NCBI GenBank assembly: GCA_964016885.1
Contig: OZ024750.1
Span: 54,064,001 to 54,128,000 of the forward strand
Direction: 5' to 3'
Length of the DNA: 64,000 bases
Source of the DNA: Eledone cirrhosa
Lineage: Eukaryota
This document shows, piece by piece, positions 27,010 to 38,386 of this stretch. The first letter of the stretch is position 1. Each line of letters begins with the position of its first letter. A model generated the notes under the pieces. That model had not been told where the DNA came from and made no database searches. It was given only the letters and a program-made list of their open reading frames with translations. The translations under genes and the position numbers were made by a program.

Positions 27010-27187
27010 TGTTTCTACTTTAGGCACAAGGTCAGCAATTACCCAGTACATTACTGGTACTTTATTTTATCGACCCCGTAAGGATGAAAGGCAAAGTTAA
27101 CCTCAGCGGGATTTGAACTCAAACCGTAAAGGGACGTAACTATGCTAGAAAGCATGGCGTCCAACCCTCTACCGATACTGCCAATTC
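27010..27187 (-). mobile_element. Young tRNA-derived SINE inserted in an (AAT)n tract
   Basis: Same family as the 16633 copy; flanked by aataataat. Confidence 0.9.
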
Positions 27188-27189
27188 AA

Positions 27190-27880
27190 ATAATAATGAA
27201 GTTATTGTGTACAGTGCTCAGATGCACTACAACTCATCAAAGGTGCATGTATAGTACATAGAATAATGTACAAATTTCATGAAAGTGAACAGTGTATGAG
27301 TCGTGATATACATACAGATACAAGCGGGCATGTGTATGGAAGCGGAATGTCAGATGTCATGTTGGCGAATTTTGGGAAGCTTGGAGGTTTTGAAGGATGC
27401 AGTGTCCCGACAGCTAAAAGATAATGCAGGTAGTTTGTACTTTGCTTCAGCAACTCTGAGTGTGAAAAAATGTTTCTGAAAGTCATGGGAGCTGTGCTGT
27501 TTTCTGACTTTGTAGGCATGTTCACAGGTGTTAGACACATGGAATTCAAAATGGTGCTCAGGGTTGTTGGCAAGATGGTTAATAATATTGTGAGTGTCTA
27601 CCAAGTCAGTTGCCAGACGTCATAGTTTCAATGTATCCATGCCCAGGGAAGCAACGTGTTCAGAGTATGGTAGATGCCTTATGGAGGGTATTCACTTGGT
27701 TGCACATCTCTGAACAGTTTCCAGGAGGTCAATATTCTGAGCAAGATAGGGGTTCCAGATGGATGATGCAAATTCTAAGTGTGGCTGCACCATAGCTATA
27801 TACAGCTTTAAATAGATAGCTGGAGAGTGGCTGACAAAGGTCTTGCTGAGTGTTGCCAAGACACTCTCGGCCTTCTTAAA
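27190..27880 (-). mobile_element. CR1/L2-like LINE 3' end
   Basis: LKLYIAMVQPHLEFASSIWNPYL...LETVQRCATK and FFTLRVAEA; ends in (ATT)n. Confidence 0.85.
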
Positions 27881-27889
27881 CAATATTTC

Positions 27890-28130
27890 ACAACAAAAAG
27901 CACCCAACCCACACTGCAATGTGGTTGTGTAGGTGTTACGACAAAAAGCACCTGGTACTCACTAAATGTGTTTGCCTTAGCAAGGACATCCAGCTGTAGA
28001 AACCAAGTAAGTCAAAAATCAGTTCTGTATGAACAAGACATGGTTACCTGACCTGGCATTGCCCACAACAGGACAACTCGTCTAACCCATGCTAGCATGG
28101 AAAAATGGACGTTAAACGGGGATGATGAAA
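27890..28130 (+). mobile_element. Non-autonomous bipartite RTE derivative or SINE 3' half
   Basis: aaaaagcaccc...catccagctgtagaaa...acccatgctagcatggaaaaatggacgttaaa; similar copies at 29960-30165, 45805-45992 and, on the minus strand, 16830-17020. Confidence 0.7.
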
Positions 28131-28814
28131 GCCCCCAAATCCTATTGAAAGACATATTAAAAAAAGCCATCTTGATAACAAAGAATATATATGTACTCAT
28201 TTTAAAAAATATTTTGCTTTATATAAAAAAAAAATAGATCAGAGAGAGGGGAAGGTAGAGAAAGAAAATTTGAAGAAATAACTCAACTGTGAATTAAAGC
28301 CACATTACAAAACCCAGATTATTGAGATTAGCCCAAAAGTACAGATTAAATATTATAATAAAAAAATAAATAAATAATGAGCTTAAACCATTTAACCCGT
28401 TTGATACTAACCCAGCCAAAACAGGCTCTGGTTCTATGAAATAAAACAACCCTTCTTAAAGAGATGTGTCTTGATAATGAAATAATAATTTTAGTACATC
28501 CCTCAAAATTATTCATTAATTACTTGGTCATGAAAGATTATGTCCAGAGAAAAAGCTGGAAAAATATTTTATGTGAAATTCATTAGAAGACTGACATTGA
28601 AATAAAATCTAAACCACCTGTTTGCTTTAAAGTGTTTATATTTATCTAAAAACATTTAATCATAATCTTTTGTAAAGGCCTTTGTTAAATTATGCTTCAA
28701 ACACCAGTTTAATAATGAAAAAGTTGGTTACTAAAACCCTCCAAATTCTAAATTATTTGAAAAATCAATTGAAACATATAGGCAATGTCTTTCATTCTAA
28801 ATGTAGTAATCAGA

Positions 28815-29378
28815 CTCAGAAGCTCCCGCGTCTGACGCATGAGGCAATCATAGTGTTCCATCGCATTCGGTCAGCAGCCAGTTGCACAGCGTCCCGCCAT
28901 TGTCTGTTTGTCGTTCGCAGGTCCCTCTCAACTGTCTGGCGCCAGTTCATTTTGGGTCGCCCTCTCCGTCTGCTTCCCTGCGGGCTCCATTTAAGTACTT
29001 GGTTCGCTAGTCTCTCCGGGGGAACTCTCAAAGCGTGTCCAAACCAGCCCAGGCGTCGCTTGCAGATGGTAGAAGAGACTTGTTGGTGCGGTTCCTGGCT
29101 TCCTTGTTTGTTACATGGTCACTCCATTTAATCCCCAGGATCTTTTGCAAACATCTGGAATCGAATGCGTCCAACTTCTTCTCTTGGCTGGTCTTAAGGT
29201 GCCATGTTTCACTTCCGTACAAGAGTGTGGACAGCACGTTATTGTTGTAGAATCTTATCTTTGTTTTGAGGGTGAACTTCCTGCTCTTCCAGATCTTGTC
29301 AAGCTGGTTAAATTCTGCTGAAGCCTTTCCCATTCTACATTGCAGTTCACTGTCCATGGCGCCCTCATTGTTAATGTA
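28815..29378 (-). mobile_element. RTE-clade LINE 3' fragment
   Basis: RMGKASAEFNQL...TKIRFY...LLYGSETW...GSRRRGRPKMNWRQTVERD. Confidence 0.9.
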
Positions 29379-31276
29379 GTAATGAAAGGGTTAAATATTA
29401 TGATAGTAAAAATTAAAAAAAAAAGCAAATAGAAAAAAGAACAGGTAAAACAGTTTAAATGCAGAGAAATATCTGGAAAAAGTGTTTTATTCCTGTCATT
29501 ACCATATTTCTAAGGGAAAACAATTTTCAAATCATTTATGGCTGTGTTAATGTTGCTGCCTGTCTTCATGTATTGTACACATCATTGTAGCACAGGTTGA
29601 CTTTTATCATTTTGATCAATATACCTGTTCACCATATAACAGGTCTTTTGGAATACAAACATCATCGTCAATGTAAGCCATGTGGCAGACATGTCAAAGC
29701 CATTGAAATCATTATTGGCAGATTGAAACTGAACAGAAAGATGATGCCCTGAGAAGTAATGGTGTGGGACCTTTGTCAATTCCAAAGATGAGTGTTCCAG
29801 TTGATTGGACAATGGAACAGCCTGTTCAGAGAATTAAAGTAAGTATACATTGCTTCTGTAGATTCTCTTCCGCTATATTTGATCCTGAAGATCAAATAGA
29901 GACAGTATTGGGAAGAGAAGACTTTTCAGTCTTGCTGAGTCTGTGAAACCATTTCTAGTAATGGTGCTTTGATAAAATGCACCCAGTACACCCTGTAAAA
30001 TGGTAGTGCTGGAGCCATTGTAAAATGCATTCAGTACATTCTATGGCATTAGTAAAAGCATCCAGTTGCAGAAACCAAGATGAAATATAGAAGATATGAA
30101 CAAGACATAGCTATTTGATCTTGTCTTGGACCATGACAGGCTTAAAATGATGATGATGATGATCATGATCAATGTACCACAAAATAATCTAAAGAAAGGA
30201 CTGTCATGGTTGAATGAGTTTAACCATTGTTCTGTGTAACCATAACTGACTTGGGGCTAAGCAACAACAATTATCATGACTATGAATGAGCTAATGAGGA
30301 AGCACCTTACATGGTGACCTGCTACAAATAGCAACCAATTATACACCATTTCACAGCCGAACATTTTACTTTTTTTCTTACAAATTAATTTGAAAATAAT
30401 CAAAAGTTTGAAGGGATTTAGGAACATAACTCTCTCATTATTAATCTGGTGTATGGAGAATAATTTAACAAAAGTTCTTACATAAAATTATGTAGGAATG
30501 TTTTTAGATAAATACTATAGAGAGTGCATTTTATCATGACAGCTACTGCCACTTTACAGAGTGTATTAAGTGCATTTTATCATGGCATCAACATGGGTGC
30601 ATTTTATTCTGGAACCATCAGTACTACTTTGAAGAGTGTACTGGGTGTATTTTACCGTGGCACTAGTGTTACCACTTTACAGAGTGTACTGGGTGCATTT
30701 TATCGTAGCACCTACACAACACCTTTGCAAAGTGGACGAAATTTGGTTACTATTTCTAGCAGGTCACGTGATTACGCTTGAGCTCATTCATAATTGTGAT
30801 AATTGTTAACCTTGTATTACCTACTTCAGATAATTTTCGAATCACTTAAGAAATGAATCACTTTTGTTTTTCATTTCTTTATCAAGTGTCATGCAGTGAC
30901 ATGTCTTTTTTCTTTAATAAAAACAATGAACTTCAATATTAAATCACATTTTATCTTAATACATAATGAGTGTCTAGAAATTGCAGCCAAATATCCCTCA
31001 GATCACAATAAAATTTAAGGTGCTGTGCAATCTTACAATAATAATACAATCTCACTATAATATATGAAATTGTATTTCTAGGGTTTGGCTAAAAAGATAG
31101 TTGCTTGTATTCATCTGTTGTTTATGTCAGGTTTTCCATGTGTACATTTGTTAATTATGTTTATATCTCTCTATATATATACACAAGACATAAACATATA
31201 TATATTTACACACACACTAAACATAAACATATATATATATACACACACACACACAAAACATAAACATATATATGTA

Positions 31277-32448
31277 CTAGCAGATTTACCCGGCGTTGCT
31301 CGGGGTTTGAAATTATGCTAAGAATATACAGCTAAGAAGTAAAAGAAGAACATTATTTGTCCCCAACTTGTCAAAATAAGCAGAAGTCTTCAATAATTAA
31401 TGCAAACGAATATTTAGTGTAATCTTTGTACACATAAAACTATGCTGATAATGAAGGAAAACACTGAAGAGGATGTAGTTATACAAATGATTAAAGACAA
31501 TACATGTTGCAAATCTGTAAAAAAAACGGGCAGTTTTGCTAAAGTACAAAAAGTTGTAATGAAAGCAGAGTTGTATACAAACAAAAAAACAATGAGAGTA
31601 GAATAAGAGAAAATCTATTCTTTGAGAGCATCCTTTGCTGTGTATGGTTAAATAATTATGATTATAAGGAAAAAAACTTATAATCCAAAATATCCTGCAT
31701 GACATATTCATTGGTATGTTTTGTAATGAGTAAGGTGAAGTCAAGGCAGAGCTGTAATAAGTTTTTTTGTTAACACTAAAGCACTTCAGGATAGACGATA
31801 TTCTTTGTTTTTCTTTTCGGAACAAACACAAAGAGATTATCTCGACTGCCAACTCATGAGCAGGCAAGGTAGAATTGTCCATGCGAAAAGCAAGGTTCAT
31901 CCAAGTGAATTCCAGCGACTTGTTTATGGAACACGAAGGGGAAATTGGGTTCGGCGAAAGAAGGGAGTATCCACACCTGATGTAGTCAGGCTAATTTTTG
32001 TTATTATCACATCCTCGCCTTTTCCACATCCGGATAGAATGGTAGCGTCAATACTAAGTGGAGACAGTTTTTTAACCACAAGGCATGTACCATTGCATAG
32101 TTTTGGAGGAGTGATATTTCTCAGCAAAATAACTGGTGTTCCCTCTTTCAGAACCAATGTATTAGGAGGTAAACCAATTTCTGAAAAGTTGGTAATCTCC
32201 CTTTTTTATAAGGATTGTCAATAAAGTTTGTTATCTCCCGTACATCAAGTTTTCTACCGATAATTTTGATATCGATTTTTTATTGCTCAACGTGGGTCGA
32301 TTTGAAAGTGTTTGTGATGTGACAATCTTAGCGACATGTGCAACGTGCACAGAAAATTTGGTCAAATTCAGTTGGTAATTGTGAAAGCCTTATGCATGCA
32401 AAGTTGTACACAGACACACACACATCCTCGCTTTTATATATATAAAGA
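31277..32448 (-). mobile_element. Internally deleted Helitron retaining the Pif1-like helicase C-terminus
   Basis: 5' A|TCTTTATATATATAAAA; 3' ccccgagcaacgccggg...CTAG|T; LKEGTPVILLRNITPPKLCNGT...RRTQFPLRV, then DEPCFSHGQFYLACS. Confidence 0.9.
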
Positions 32449-32664
32449 TATACATACACACACACAAAACATGTCATAAGAAGTAACTAAAAGGGTTTAC
32501 ATCAAGAAAAATATTCATGAATATGTATGTGTGTCTGTGTGTGTATATGTCTGTGAGTGTGTGTCTGTGTGTGTGCACGTTCATTAGTTATGTGATTAAA
32601 TACATACACATCTACACATGTAGCAACTGACCAAAAATGAGGTGAACAGCTATGCAAATGTCTG

Positions 32665-32942
32665 CCTTAATATATGTATGTGAGAGTGTATGTGTGTGAG
32701 TGTGTAGCAACAATTTATTCATTTGGACACCAACAAAAAATTACACAATGAATATTGTTTACCCTAACGTGCTTCAAGATTGACAGATTTTCATTTCTAA
32801 ATTCTACTCATTACAATTTTGATATTTCAAAAATAAAATATAGATATTTTGAAATAATTATGAGGAAAAAAACATATCTTCATATTTATTGTTTACTAAT
32901 CTGAACAGCAGTAACCTGGGCAATGCCAGGTAATTCAGCTAG
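32665..32942 (+). mobile_element. Short decayed Helitron (3' end clear, 5' end approximate)
   Basis: cctgggcaatgccagg hairpin followed by CTAG|T. Confidence 0.5.
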
Positions 32943-33077
32943 TTAATATATATATTTAAACATAATACATAATGATCAAACTATATATATAATGTGGCTT
33001 GGTGGTTAGAGTGTTAGACTTGTGATCATAATGTACGTTTGGTTCCTGGTCCAGGCAGTGTGCTCTGTTCTTGAGCA

Positions 33078-33920
33078 AGGAGAATGCCAACAAGATTTTC
33101 TAACCTTTCAACAATGCTGACAATAACATCAAGTTCACCATCGAACATCCCACCAACTCTGGGTCCTCCGGACTGAACATCTCTGATAGTGGTGAAATCC
33201 ACAAAAATTTCTACCACAATGCAAGCCAGCAGAGACCTGTTTGTTCGTTACAAATCTACCCTCCCCAACAGCTCTAAAAGAGGGTACATGTTTAATGAAA
33301 TGGCTCGCATACGCAACCGATGCAGCGACACTGCTAATAGAGCCACCTATATCAGACGTTTCCACAAGGTACTAGAGATTAACGGCTACCCAGCTTCCTT
33401 CTCCACCCCACGACGAAACCCCAAACCCAGAGACCAGACCAACACAAACAACAGTTGCTTCTTCAAGATCCCACATCTCAGCAAGGAAACCACAAACGCC
33501 ATACGCAAAGCCATCAGGAGAGAGGGCCTCAAAATCAAACTAGCTTACTTTGGACCTTCCCTGTGAAGATGCCTCGCCACAAGGCAACCCCCCAATGAGG
33601 ATAACAGATGCACCCTAGCCAATTTCCCTATCCGCAACACTAATTGTTGCCCACGTACCTATGTAGTATACAGGCTAGAATATAACAAGTGCAATCTATT
33701 CTACATAGGCAGCACTATTTCACAGTTACATCTCCGTATTAAAGAGCATATTAACTCCCCTTCCTTCTGTATCATCAAATGTGGGAACTGGGACAATAAC
33801 ATAACCTCCACAATCTTAGCTACCAAACACAGTATAGTTATGCTGAGAATTAAGGAAGCCCTCTTAATCCAGCAATTAAAACCTAGGATCAATAATCAAA
33901 TGGCTAATTTAAAAGCCTGT
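33078..33920 (+). mobile_element. Penelope-like retroelement (RT C-terminus plus GIY-YIG), adjoining a SINE head at 32993-33077
   Basis: NNIKFTIE; FVRYKSTLP...; YVVYRLEYNKCNLFYIGST...RIKEH; IKEALLIQQLKPRIN. Confidence 0.85.
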
Positions 33921-34224
33921 ATTCCAACATCCCAGTGGCTCATTTCTAGACTCACATATATATATCACACATTTTCCTTTCCCTTTTATTATATACATAT
34001 TTACACATGCCTTTCACTACATAACATACGAACATCCCACTAAGCACACTTACATTCACACACACACATGCATATATCAAACATTTTTCCACAGATATTT
34101 CACAATGCGCACGTTTGAAATTTTAACATCTTTTCATTTAACTTAAATCTTCCTGCCAAACAAGTGAACTATGATCCATCTTTTAAGTCTCTCCTAGGAA
34201 TACTCCCTTGATAATGGTTTTTTT

Positions 34225-34719
34225 TTTCATGTTTTCTGGGATGCAAAGGGGATTTTGTTAGTCGACTTCCTCAAGAACAAGAGGACAATTACAGCTACAT
34301 CTTAAGGTGTTTTGAGAAAACTGGCCAAGAAAATCACAGAAAAATAACCAGAGAAGCTGCATCAGCATGTCCTTTTCCACTCATGGCACTCGGTAGACAC
34401 CAGTTGTGTTATGTGGATTGGAAATCATCCGATTCCACCTTACAGTCCCGGTTTAACCCATTCGACTTCTTTTTGTTTCCAAACATGAAAAAATCATTGA
34501 AAGGTACCAATTTTCCATCAGCTGAAGATATTAAAATAGCTGCTTTGATATGGTTTAAATCGCATGGCCCTCAGTTTTACACAGATGGACTTAAAGGTTG
34601 GTATCAACGCTTGCAGAAGTATATTGACCCAGATGGAGCATATATTAAAAAATAAACATTATAACTCAAACCGTTTTTTCCAACTGTCCTTTTTTCACAA
34701 ACTTTTGGAGGCACCCTCA
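34225..34719 (+). mobile_element. mariner transposase 3' half with right TIR (irritans/Hsmar2-like)
   Basis: FWDAKGILLVDFL, DFFLFPNMKKSLKG...GLKGWYQRLQKYIDPDGAYIKK; TIR-like end acttttggaggcaccctcaTA. Confidence 0.85.
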
Positions 34720-34734
34720 TATGTACTCTAAATT

Positions 34735-34916
34735 TTATGTGCTTTATATACATGTACAAAATACTATGTGTTTATATACATGTACAAAATACTGTGTGTT
34801 TATATATATGTACAAAATACTATGAGTTTATATATATGTACAAAATACTGTGTGTTTATATATATATGTACAAAATACTGTGTGTTTATATATATATGTA
34901 CAAAATACTATGTGTT
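34735..34916. repeat. About 28-30 bp tandem repeat, 6 copies
   Basis: Unit tatatatgtacaaaatactgtgtgtt with variable (TA)n. Confidence 0.9.
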
Positions 34917-35172
34917 TCTCAAACGATAGATGGTTCTCTCTCTCTCTATATATATATACATATATCTTTTAATTTGAATTATTGATGCTCTGGGCCAACA
35001 TCCTTTCAGCTTTTCTATTGAGAAACATAACCATCATATATATTATATATCTTATGATACCTTAACATAGTATACGCACATATATATATATATATGTATG
35101 GGCATGTATATATGTATATATATATGTATGTATATATATATATATATGTATATATATATGTATGGGCATGTA

Positions 35173-35228
<56 letters not shown>

Positions 35229-35449
35229 GGCCCATACATACACATCTAAATATTCGCAACAGTAACTCCAGGAAACCAGCCAATCACCTGATTATCTACA
35301 AGTCAGTAAAAAAACACACAAACTCTATATATTATATTTTATAATGACCAGGATATGAATTGACAGATGATTGTAAATACTAACTATCTTTCCCTGGTGA
35401 AGAATATACCTCTGAATATACTCATACATACATTATATGTATGTATGAG

Positions 35450-35770
35450 TATATTCAGATGGTGGATGGGTGCTACACGAGAATGCTGAGGATGGCTCTG
35501 AACATTAATCAGTATACACTGAGGATGAAAAACTCAGAGCTGTATGGAAGCCTCCCAAAAGTCAGCTCAAAAGTGACATTGCACTCAGTGCTCCTGTGGG
35601 AGCCCCTACATGGACACACTGGAAGAGGAAGACCAAGGTTAACATATGTTGATGCCCTAAGGACAGACACTGGTCTGTTGGAGACGCAGGACATGGCAGC
35701 GATAATGAGGGACAGAGACCGCTGGAGAGAACTCATCCATGGATCTCGGGAATTTTACCCACCCTAGAAT
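35450..35770 (+). mobile_element. RTE/RTEX-like LINE 3' fragment
   Basis: DGCYTRMLRMALNI...LLWEPLHG..GRGRPRLTYVD...MRDRDRWR. Confidence 0.8.
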
Positions 35771-35827
35771 ACATTATATACATACATTCATTACATACAC
35801 ACACACATACATACATACATACATACA

Positions 35828-37620
35828 TGCTATCCTGTCATTAAACCCCTTGCCCTTTTTCTCAACAAATGTGAAGGATACATCATTGGCTCAAAGGAGG
35901 ACAGAAATACGAACCTAACCCATAATTTCTTTGTGGATGATCTGAAACTCTATGCCAAGAACATGGATGGGATGAAGAAAAATCTGGACCTGGTTACAAC
36001 ATTCTCAAAGGATATAGGAATGGAGTTTGGGCAAGATAAATGCTCATACATGACTGTAAAGCGGGGAAAAACAACAACCCAATCTAGCAACATTGTCAAC
36101 AATGGCCTAACTGTTTCATCGATATCTGATGAGGACTGCTACAGATACCTGGGGATAGATGAGAACATATGCTATAATGGTATCTGTAATAAGGAACGTG
36201 TAACCAGGGAATACTACACTTAAGAAAAATATGGTCATCGGAACTCTCTGCATACAACAAAACAGTGGCTCACAATGTGTTTGCTGTGCCTGTCCTAACA
36301 CCAACATTTGGAATACTTGATTAGACGATAGACGAAATCCGAGCAATTGATGTTGGAACTCGAAAAATACTAAACAACACCGGAAATTTCCACATCAACA
36401 GTGACATAGACCGCCTTTACTTGAAACATAAGCAGGGAGGCAGAGGCCTAACATCAGTTCAGACAGCATTTGAATGTCGCATCATATCCCTCCGACAACA
36501 TCTACGTACCTCGAAGCGTAGGAGTCCGTCTATTGAGCAAGTCTATCTGCATGAAACAGATAAGATCATAAGAGTTGGGAAGGAACTCCTTGAGAGATAT
36601 TCCCTGTGTGATAATCATAAACTCTCACCCAGGGAACTCGCTCAGCAGTATCGCAGTGAATCCATGGATGAAAAACTGCATGCTTATCAACAAAAAATGA
36701 TGCATGGATATGTTGCCAGGAAGCTCCAGAGTGAGAGTAATATAGATAAGCAAAGTAGTCTATCTTGGACCAACAACCACTATATTGGCTCCCACTTTGA
36801 AGGATACACTTTTGCAATCCAAGAACAGGAAATCAACACAAAATACCTGATTCACAAAAGAGGTAGGGATGCAGGCAAAACACCTAGATGTGACAACATG
36901 CGCAGACTCTGCAGAATTAACATCGAAGATGTCACCCATGTCATCAGCAGCTGTCCAAAGCTGTCATTGCGGTACTATCTACCTATGAGGCATGATATAG
37001 TGGCCAAAACACTGTACAATGCAATCCGTAGAAAAGATAGCCCCGATGATAAACACAATAAAAGCTACAGCAATGTGGAAGACATACATATACATAATAT
37101 GAAAGAGTACTGGTGGAATGTTCCAGTAAAAACTCCAATAAAATGCAGGCATAACAGACCAGATATTATGATATGGGATAGGGAGAAGAAGGCATGCAAC
37201 AGTAGTGGAAGTTAGCTGCCCAGCAGATGCCAATATAATATCGAAGATTAGTAAAAAGGAGAATATGCAGAACTAATGAGAAATCTGCAGATACTCCACC
37301 CTGACTGTACCTTGTGATTATTGGGACACTGGGGTATGTTAGTAACTGCCTCAATACTTAGGAAACTACAAGTACAATCCATTAATGGAACAGTAAAAAT
37401 ATGTAAAACATTCCAAAAGTTTTGCATCTAATAACTGCATATACACGTGTACAGATACAAGGCATATACACATGCACACATATAACTCAAAATATCCACA
37501 TCCACACATACAATATATCCATATCTACAGATGCATGCATACATATCTACCGAGTTGATGTTGTGTAAATTCCAATGTTAGAAACCGACTCTCTCTCTAT
37601 TGGCAAAAATTTGTGAAAAA
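35828..37620 (+). mobile_element. 5'-truncated R4/Dong-like LINE (RT C-terminus, Zn knuckle, RLE endonuclease)
   Basis: FFVDDLKLYA, DIGMEFGQDKC, YRYLGI, QGGRGL, FAIQEQEI, RLC..IEDVTHVISSC, HNRPDIMIWD, VEVSCP, IIGTLG; begins next to (CATA)n. Confidence 0.9.
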
Positions 37621-38039
37621 TAATGTTAGTTGTCATGGTAATGGTGAGATGTGAACAGTGTCACCGCCAGCTTCACCCATGACCTACTTAATTCCTTTAG
37701 TGTGCATTAAAGTACAAACACGTCCTCAAACAGACTAAATATGAAGTAGATATATACACAATGTATGACAAAATGTGCTACTGTCGATAGACGAGAGGGT
37801 AGATTTTGATATTAAAGCAGGCATATGTTGATTAAACACATGTCGCTCACTTGTATCATGCAGGAGAAAAGGGAGATGTTCAATACTGAAGCGTGAATTT
37901 GTTGCTTTAGTGCTGGCTACTATGTTGAATGCTTAGTTCCATCTTTATCCTTCAACACTCTATTTAATTCTCAATTCTTCATTCTTTCTATTTACCCTCA
38001 CATTTCATCGTAGTGAAAATGGTAACACACTATAACCAC

Positions 38040-38203
38040 AAATTGACAGACAAATAAACATATAAACAAATGAATATTGGTCAAATTGTGTGAAAAAACC
38101 ATTCCTGACACTAAAGAACTCACAAGCCAAGTTTGAGCATGATTGGTCCACTTGTTTTTAAGAGCTTAGGAAACAAACACACAAACAATTTTATATATAT
38201 AGA
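38040..38203 (-). mobile_element. Helitron-like 5' end
   Basis: Minus strand reads A|TCTATATATATAAAATTGTTTGTGTGTTTGTTTCC, like the other Helitron starts; no 3' CTAG end found. Confidence 0.45.
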
Positions 38204-38386
38204 TATATCAAGCAGAAAGTTATTTGTCTGTAATATAGCCAGAGATCTTAATGAAAAGTTAAACATCAACTCAGAGAAGCATCTGGCTTAGGTTATATAT
38301 ATGTATGACCCTACTGTTGCTTGAAGTAATGTAAAATCTTTTCAGCCTCCTATCTCTCTCTCGCTCTCCATTTGGTTCATTTGTTC

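Noticed and set aside
31805-32224. Host PIF1 helicase gene
   Set aside because: The fragment lies between Helitron termini and is frameshifted.
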